Part shown: positions 58,917 to 64,000 of the stretch, piece after piece
How positions within the stretch are numbered: position 1 is the first letter of the stretch
Layout: each line of letters opens with the position of its first letter
Origin: Ignavibacteria bacterium
GTDB lineage: Bacteria > Bacteroidota > Ignavibacteria > Kapaibacteriales > UBA2268
Assembly: GCA_037445895.1 (NCBI GenBank)
Contig: JBBIJO010000002.1
Location: 44,967 to 108,966, forward strand
Direction of reading: 5' to 3'
Length of the DNA stretch: 64,000 nt
Notes under the pieces: generated by a model
Told to the model about the DNA's origin: nothing
Database searches by the model: none
Seen by the model: only the letters and a program-made list of their open reading frames with translations
Position numbers and translations under genes: made by a program

Positions 58917-60176
58917 CTAAATTATTTTGCTCCCTTTTATCCAAACGCTTTCGACTTGGTTTACGCCAAAGTGGTAGAATATATCAAGGTAATTTTTACA
59001 ATCTAAGACAACGAAATTTGCTTCTTTGCCCACTTCTATACTTCCAATGCGGTCGGAAAGTTCAATTGCGGATGCCCCATTCAAAGTTGACGCAACTAAT
59101 GCTTCTTCGCAAGAAATTCCAAGTTGTATTACAGCAAGAGATAAAATGATTTGCATATTTTCGGTAAAACAAGAACCAGGATTAAAATCGCTTGCCAATG
59201 CCACCGGAATATTCTTTTCGATGATTTTTCTCGCCGGAGCATACGGCATTCGAATAAAATATGATGTCCCGGGTAATAGAGTGGCTATTGTTCCAGATTT
59301 TCTCATCGCATCAAGACTTTCGTCCGAAACAAACAGCAAATGGTCGGCAGACACAGCCCCAACTTCGCCAGCTAACTTTCCAGCACCAACGTCGGCAAGT
59401 TCATCGGCATGCATTTTAATTTTCAGACCATATCTAGTTGCAGACTCGAAAATTCGCCGCCCCTGCTCAATTGTATAGTATCCTCTATCGACAAAACAAT
59501 CGCAGTAAGTAGCAAGTTTTTCTTCTGCAACAACTGGAATCATTTCCTTGCAAATAAGTTCTACGTAGCTGTCTCGGTTATTTCGATATTCTGGGGGAAA
59601 ATCGTGGGCAGCAAGAAAGGTTGGAACAATCTCAATCGGCAGAGTTTCTTTCAGCTTTTTTACCACTCGAAGCATTTTTAATTCCGACTCGAGTTCAAGG
59701 CCATAGCCGCTTTTAACTTCCAATGCAATTGTTCCATGGTACATCGCAGAAAGAGCAAAAGCATAAGCATTTTCATAAAGAGAATCGAACGAGGCTTTTC
59801 GGGTAGCATTCATCGTCGTTAGAATTCCGCCACCACGAGAGGCGATTTCCTGATAAGTTGCTCCAGCAACCCGAAGAGCAAATTCTTTCGAACGGTCACC
59901 AGCAAAAACTAAATGAGTATGCGAATCTATAAACCCGGGAAAAATTGTCTTCCCTTTTGCATCGATAATTTTTTCTGGATTAAGTTTGCCAACAGCAACC
60001 AATTCATCGGCTTCCCGAGAGGTTCCAACCCATTCAAATTTCTCATCAAAAAATATTGCACCATCTTGAATTTCAAAAGCTTGGCTCATTCTTTTGCCTT
60101 TGCAAACAAGTTCTCGGCTGTCCGAAATTCTAACTAACGAGGCAATATTTTTGAATAAAGTTCTCATAATAAACAA
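58917..60176 (-). CDS. hutI: imidazolonepropionase
   Basis: Amidohydrolase fold with GFIDSHTHL metal-binding motif and HutI-specific blocks. Start may be an internal Met. Confidence 0.8.
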   Translation of the reverse strand: MFIMRTLFKNIASLVRISDSRELVCKGKRMSQAFEIQDGAIFFDEKFEWVGTSREADELVAVGKLNPEKIIDAKGKTIFPGFIDSHTHLVFAGDRSKEFALRVAGATYQEIASRGGGILTTMNATRKASFDSLYENAYAFALSAMYHGTIALEVKSGYGLELESELKMLRVVKKLKETLPIEIVPTFLAAHDFPPEYRNNRDSYVELICKEMIPVVAEEKLATYCDCFVDRGYYTIEQGRRIFESATRYGLKIKMHADELADVGAGKLAGEVGAVSADHLLFVSDESLDAMRKSGTIATLLPGTSYFIRMPYAPARKIIEKNIPVALASDFNPGSCFTENMQIILSLAVIQLGISCEEALVASTLNGASAIELSDRIGSIEVGKEANFVVLDCKNYLDIFYHFGVNQVESVWIKGSKII

Positions 60177-60232
60177 CTAATTACACAACATTAATCATAA
60201 TACAGTTGGATTATAATACATATTTTAAAATT

Positions 60233-61357
60233 TCAAAGCCACTTTTCCCCATCAGATTGTCTTTTTATTAGGTCGAGGCAGGACCTGACATTTTGAACTT
60301 CGTCTTTCGGGCATACCAAAATCGCATCGTTGGCAACAACAACAACGAAATTGTTCAGCCCAAGCAGAGCCACTTTGATTCTTCCATCGGTTGATTCATT
60401 AAAAACAATCGAATTCGATGTCCTTACAAGAACATTGTTCCCAATGTTCACGTTTCCATCGTCGTCTCGGGTTTTGGTTCTGTCGAGTGCGTCCCACGAA
60501 CCAATATCATCCCAATCGAAATATGCTTTCGCAACAACAAGACTTTTGATTTTCTCCATCAAGGCATAGTCAATTGAAATATCAGGAAGTTCGAAATATA
60601 CATCTCGGATTGAAGGGTTTGAACCTTCGAGAGGTAAATCGGTGAAGCCTTTATACTTTTCAAAAAAATAAGTAATTCGTTTCCCAATAGTCTCGACATT
60701 TGCTATCATTTCATTTAGAAAAGTATCCAATCGCCAAAAGAACATTCCACTATTCCAAAAATATTTCCCTGTTTCGAAATACATTTTTGCTGTTTCTGCA
60801 TTTGGTTTTTCAGTAAATTTAATTACATCGAGAATATCGCTCGTATTCATTCTTATGTCATCGGCAACCTGAATATAACCGTAAGCAGTATCGGGTCGGG
60901 TTGGGGCTATCCCAATCGTGGCAATTCGCCTATGTTGTTCTACATAGTCAAAGGAATTTAACACGGTTTTTTTGAAACCATCGAGTGGATAAATTTTTTG
61001 GTCCGAAGCGAAGACCCCAACCGAAATATCTTCTGCACGAAGGTCGCGTCCATATTTTGCAAGAAGGAAACCGCTGGCAAGAGCAAGGCAAGGAGCAGTA
61101 TTACGTTTGTAGGGTTCGGCAATAACATTTTCCGACGGAAAATCCTTCAACAATTCCCTAATCGTCTTTTGAATAAACTCATTTGTTATAATAAATATGT
61201 CCTCCCTGGGAATAATCGAGCTAATCCGTTCGATGGCTTCGACAATCAGTGGTTTGTCTGTGTGCAAAGGAAGAACCTGTTTAGGACGGCGAATTCTACT
61301 CGTGGGCCAAAATCTTTCACCCGAGCCACCAGCCATTAAAATTCCAACTCTTTTCAT
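60233..61357 (-). CDS. mannose-1-phosphate guanylyltransferase-like nucleotidyltransferase
   Basis: MAGGSGERFWPTSR nucleotidyltransferase signature and left-handed beta-helix C-terminus. Confidence 0.7.
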   Translation of the reverse strand: MKRVGILMAGGSGERFWPTSRIRRPKQVLPLHTDKPLIVEAIERISSIIPREDIFIITNEFIQKTIRELLKDFPSENVIAEPYKRNTAPCLALASGFLLAKYGRDLRAEDISVGVFASDQKIYPLDGFKKTVLNSFDYVEQHRRIATIGIAPTRPDTAYGYIQVADDIRMNTSDILDVIKFTEKPNAETAKMYFETGKYFWNSGMFFWRLDTFLNEMIANVETIGKRITYFFEKYKGFTDLPLEGSNPSIRDVYFELPDISIDYALMEKIKSLVVAKAYFDWDDIGSWDALDRTKTRDDDGNVNIGNNVLVRTSNSIVFNESTDGRIKVALLGLNNFVVVVANDAILVCPKDEVQNVRSCLDLIKRQSDGEKWL

Positions 61358-61395
61358 TAACTCACCTTATTTTACAAAATAATTTTTTTTTACAT

Positions 61396-62520
61396 TTGTC
61401 TAATTTAATGAATCAATGTGTGATTTTTAAAGTGAAACAAAATATAATTTATAAAAAAAATAAGAACACACAACAAATTGAACTAACCGAACGCGAGCGT
61501 TTAGTGCTTAAATCTATTATCCATTTATTTATTTCAACCGCAGAACCAATTGGTTCCCGCGTTGTAGCAAAATATTTACAAAAACAATTGAATTTGAGCC
61601 CTGCATCAATTCGAAATGTTATGGCTGAACTCGAAGAATACGGATATTTAACCCAGACTCATACCTCTTCGGGACGCATTCCAACCGACCGCGGCTATCG
61701 ATATTATGTCGATTCACTCATACATTTTCGCAAACCATCGGAATGGGAAATAAAAATCATAGACGAAGAATTTAAAAAAGTAGAACCACAGAATACAGAC
61801 GAAGTCTTAAAAACCGCTTCGAAAGCGCTTGGCTTTCTTTCGAAATATCTGAGTGTTGTGATTGTTCCGGGAATACAAAACATTAAAATCGCAAAAATCG
61901 ACATATTCGAAATAATCTCGGGAAAATTGCTATTTGTGTTTGCCCTTGAATCGAATATCGTTCGCACACTAACAATCGAGGCAAATTTCGAAATCGACAA
62001 AGAGAAAATTTCTGAAATCACATCTATCATTAACGAAAGAGTTTCGGGAATGTCTTTGAACTATGTTTACGAAAATTTTTCTGATATAATTTCCGATTCA
62101 GAAATTAAAGAAACCTCTTTGGTTCGCCTTTTTGTTAATTTAATTGGTAAAATGGTTACAACATTCGATGAAAAAGATAGAGCTCTTTTTGCGGGAACCA
62201 ACTATTTATTAAAGTATCCCGAATTTGAAGACCCGAACAAAATTCGCAACATTATTCAAATTATAGAAAACGCTGATATTGTTGTAAAACTTTTGGAACA
62301 ATGGAAAAATGCTAATTCCACTTTAACGATACTGATAGGCACCGAAACAAGCAACGAATATATGGAAGATTATAGTTTAGTAGCATCGCAATATAACCTT
62401 TGGAATACAATGGGTATGATTGGACTAATTGGCCCAAAAAGAATGAACTATTCGAAGGTAATTACCTTGGTAGATTATATCTCGAAATTCATTTCTCAAA
62501 ACTATTATCTATATTCGTAA
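61396..62520 (+). CDS. hrcA: heat-inducible transcription repressor HrcA
   Basis: LTERERLVLKSIIHLFISTAEPIGSRVVAK N-terminal winged helix and HrcA C-terminal domain. Start ambiguous (61396 or 61408). Confidence 0.8.
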   Translation: MSNLMNQCVIFKVKQNIIYKKNKNTQQIELTERERLVLKSIIHLFISTAEPIGSRVVAKYLQKQLNLSPASIRNVMAELEEYGYLTQTHTSSGRIPTDRGYRYYVDSLIHFRKPSEWEIKIIDEEFKKVEPQNTDEVLKTASKALGFLSKYLSVVIVPGIQNIKIAKIDIFEIISGKLLFVFALESNIVRTLTIEANFEIDKEKISEITSIINERVSGMSLNYVYENFSDIISDSEIKETSLVRLFVNLIGKMVTTFDEKDRALFAGTNYLLKYPEFEDPNKIRNIIQIIENADIVVKLLEQWKNANSTLTILIGTETSNEYMEDYSLVASQYNLWNTMGMIGLIGPKRMNYSKVITLVDYISKFISQNYYLYS

Positions 62521-63705
62521 GAGGTAAATACTTATCAATATAGCGCCCGAAACGACAAAGCCCCAATGCAAATCGAGATTCGACGATAGCATTGCACTTC
62601 CCAAAAAAGCCAAAAGCGAGCCGAACAATGAAGCCGACGATGCAAACCCCATTATACTGCCAACCTTGCCGTTGTCGATAATTTTCCCTAAATGTGAATA
62701 CATCGTGGGAACCAAACCCGCAATAAAAATACCAACCGCAATACGTAAAGGAAAAAGCAATAGAAAGTAACCTACAACCGAATGTAACAACATTGCCAAT
62801 CCCAATGCTAAAGAGGCAATACGTATCAATCTTTGTATTGGTTTTCTGTCGCTCCACCGCCCCCATATAGGCGCAAAAAGAATATTAAAGAAACCTGATA
62901 GACCTACCATTATACCGGTAAGCGAAGATAAAAAACTCTTTGGTGCATTCAATAGTTCAAGATAATAAGGCAAAATTGGAAAAGTTAAGAATATCCCAAT
63001 TTGCCCTAATATAATTATTAGCATTGGAACTCCATATTTCCTATCCCTAAGAATGAGTTTCAGAATTCCAATCACGCTATCCTTACCATTTTCAACGGAC
63101 TTATTATACTCTATTACCAATAAAGAAATCAATAATGCACTGGCAACACAAAGTATTGCAACAAGAAAGAAAACCACACGAAAGCCAAAAATATCCGAGA
63201 TAATACCTCCAATCAGAGGCCCAGCAATTCCCCCTGCTGATTGCGAGCTTTGAAGCACACCCACAGCATAACCCTGCCGTTCAAAAGGTGTATTAGAAAT
63301 TGTGAAACTCAAAGTTGCGGCGATAAATCCACTTGTTGCACCTTGAAACACTCTAAGGAAAAAAAGTTGATAAATATCGCGGGCAAAACCCATCAAAAAC
63401 ATAGCCAAAGCCAAACCAAGAATTGCTCGTATAATCATTAGTTTTTTCCCGTAGCGGTCGCCAAGATTGCCCCAAATCGGAACAAGAATAATCGAAAGAA
63501 AATAAGGACCGGCAAACACCATCCCACTCCAAAATCTTTCGGCAGATTCACCAACTACCCCAAGCTCCCTTACGTAGAGGGGAAGAAAGGGAACACACCC
63601 ATTCATTCCAACCATAGTTATAAATTGAGCTACTGCAAGGAAAAAAAGATTTCGTTTCCAAATTTCCAAAGAGTTTATTTTGATGATTCCAAACTGCAAT
63701 TTCAA
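62509..63705 (-). CDS. MFS transporter
   Basis: 398 aa, 12 TM, MFS signature GxLxDRxGRK-like (GNLGDRYGKK) between TM2 and TM3. Confidence 0.8.
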   Translation of the reverse strand: MKLQFGIIKINSLEIWKRNLFFLAVAQFITMVGMNGCVPFLPLYVRELGVVGESAERFWSGMVFAGPYFLSIILVPIWGNLGDRYGKKLMIIRAILGLALAMFLMGFARDIYQLFFLRVFQGATSGFIAATLSFTISNTPFERQGYAVGVLQSSQSAGGIAGPLIGGIISDIFGFRVVFFLVAILCVASALLISLLVIEYNKSVENGKDSVIGILKLILRDRKYGVPMLIIILGQIGIFLTFPILPYYLELLNAPKSFLSSLTGIMVGLSGFFNILFAPIWGRWSDRKPIQRLIRIASLALGLAMLLHSVVGYFLLLFPLRIAVGIFIAGLVPTMYSHLGKIIDNGKVGSIMGFASSASLFGSLLAFLGSAMLSSNLDLHWGFVVSGAILISIYLLRI

Positions 63706-63709
63706 CTTT

Positions 63710-64000
63710 TCAACCGTGAAAATCGGTGTTCAAATGGACACGACGTATTTTAAAAAGTTCATAGAGCATTTTGATTGAATCCCACAAAGGGTTGACTTTC
63801 GTCCTCGGGTCATTATACCACTCGACAGGGACTTGCTCTATCGTCAACCCCAACTTCGAAGCTAAATAAAGAACCTCTACATCGAAACTAAACCCATCGA
63901 TCTTAGCCTTGCTAAAGACTTTTTCGGCTGCCTCCGAAGTAAAACCTTTGAAACCGCATTGCGTATCTTCGATGCCTTTCATTATCAGAAACCGAACAAG
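63710..64000 (-). CDS. GT2-family glycosyltransferase (dolichyl-phosphate-mannose synthase-like), C-terminal part only; 5' end outside window
   Basis: DTQCGFKGF motif typical of GT2 DPM-synthase-like enzymes. ORF open to window end. Confidence 0.55.
   Translation of the reverse strand, partial: LVRFLIMKGIEDTQCGFKGFTSEAAEKVFSKAKIDGFSFDVEVLYLASKLGLTIEQVPVEWYNDPRTKVNPLWDSIKMLYELFKIRRVHLNTDFHG

Noticed and set aside
1-64000. tRNA/rRNA genes, CRISPR arrays, transposases/integrases/IS elements
   Set aside because: Scanned intergenic regions and ORF translations. I found no tRNA-like T-arm/acceptor signatures, no regularly spaced direct repeats, and no transposase or recombinase-like proteins.

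Overview
This window looks like a 64-kb chromosomal segment from an AT-rich member of the FCB group (Ignavibacteria/Bacteroidota-like). The pointers are two cargo proteins with T9SS (Por-type) C-terminal sorting domains, an alternative complex III (ACIII, Act) and caa3-type cytochrome oxidase supercluster, KorAB 2-oxoacid:ferredoxin oxidoreductase and a membrane H+-pyrophosphatase.

The window is almost fully coding. Housekeeping genes include gcvPA, guaB, dnaX, ybeY, hrcA, nadB and hppA, together with a rpoZ-like gene. No tRNA, rRNA, CRISPR array, transposase or integrase was recognisable by eye.

Six places stand out:

- **MmeI-family restriction-modification locus (20.3-24.1 kb).** A visibly AT-richer islet carries a single-chain MmeI-family (Type IIL/IIG) enzyme. 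The gene is split into a nuclease+methyltransferase ORF and a specificity-domain ORF by a ~0.4 kb insert that carries its own 121-aa ORF. A MazG-like gene and an orphan OmpR-type response regulator sit immediately upstream.
- **DsrMKJO-like operon (8.9-13.3 kb).** Five genes in the dsrMKJOP order: NarI-like cytochrome b, HdrD/DsrK-like CCG iron-sulfur protein, triheme cytochrome c and a Tat-exported NrfC-like ferredoxin, preceded by an unknown 175-aa gene. There is no DsrP/NrfD-like partner and no dsrAB or dsrC in the window.
- **Polytopic membrane domain fused to a monoheme cytochrome c (43.6-44.9 kb).** It sits next to the oxidase-assembly genes.
- **Degenerate accessory stretch (1.1-3.0 kb).** Two adjacent genes (ArsR-family and DUF1697) are each broken by a single-base homopolymer deletion, which points to either sequencing artefacts or early pseudogenisation.
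- **Perfect 8-6-8 palindrome in a divergent promoter (28.1 kb).**
- **Respiratory supercluster (44.9-58.7 kb).** The ActD-ActE fusion, the fused ActB and the unusual coxI-III-IV-II order are the notable features.

All calls rest on reading the translated ORFs and the DNA by eye. No database search or numeric computation was run.
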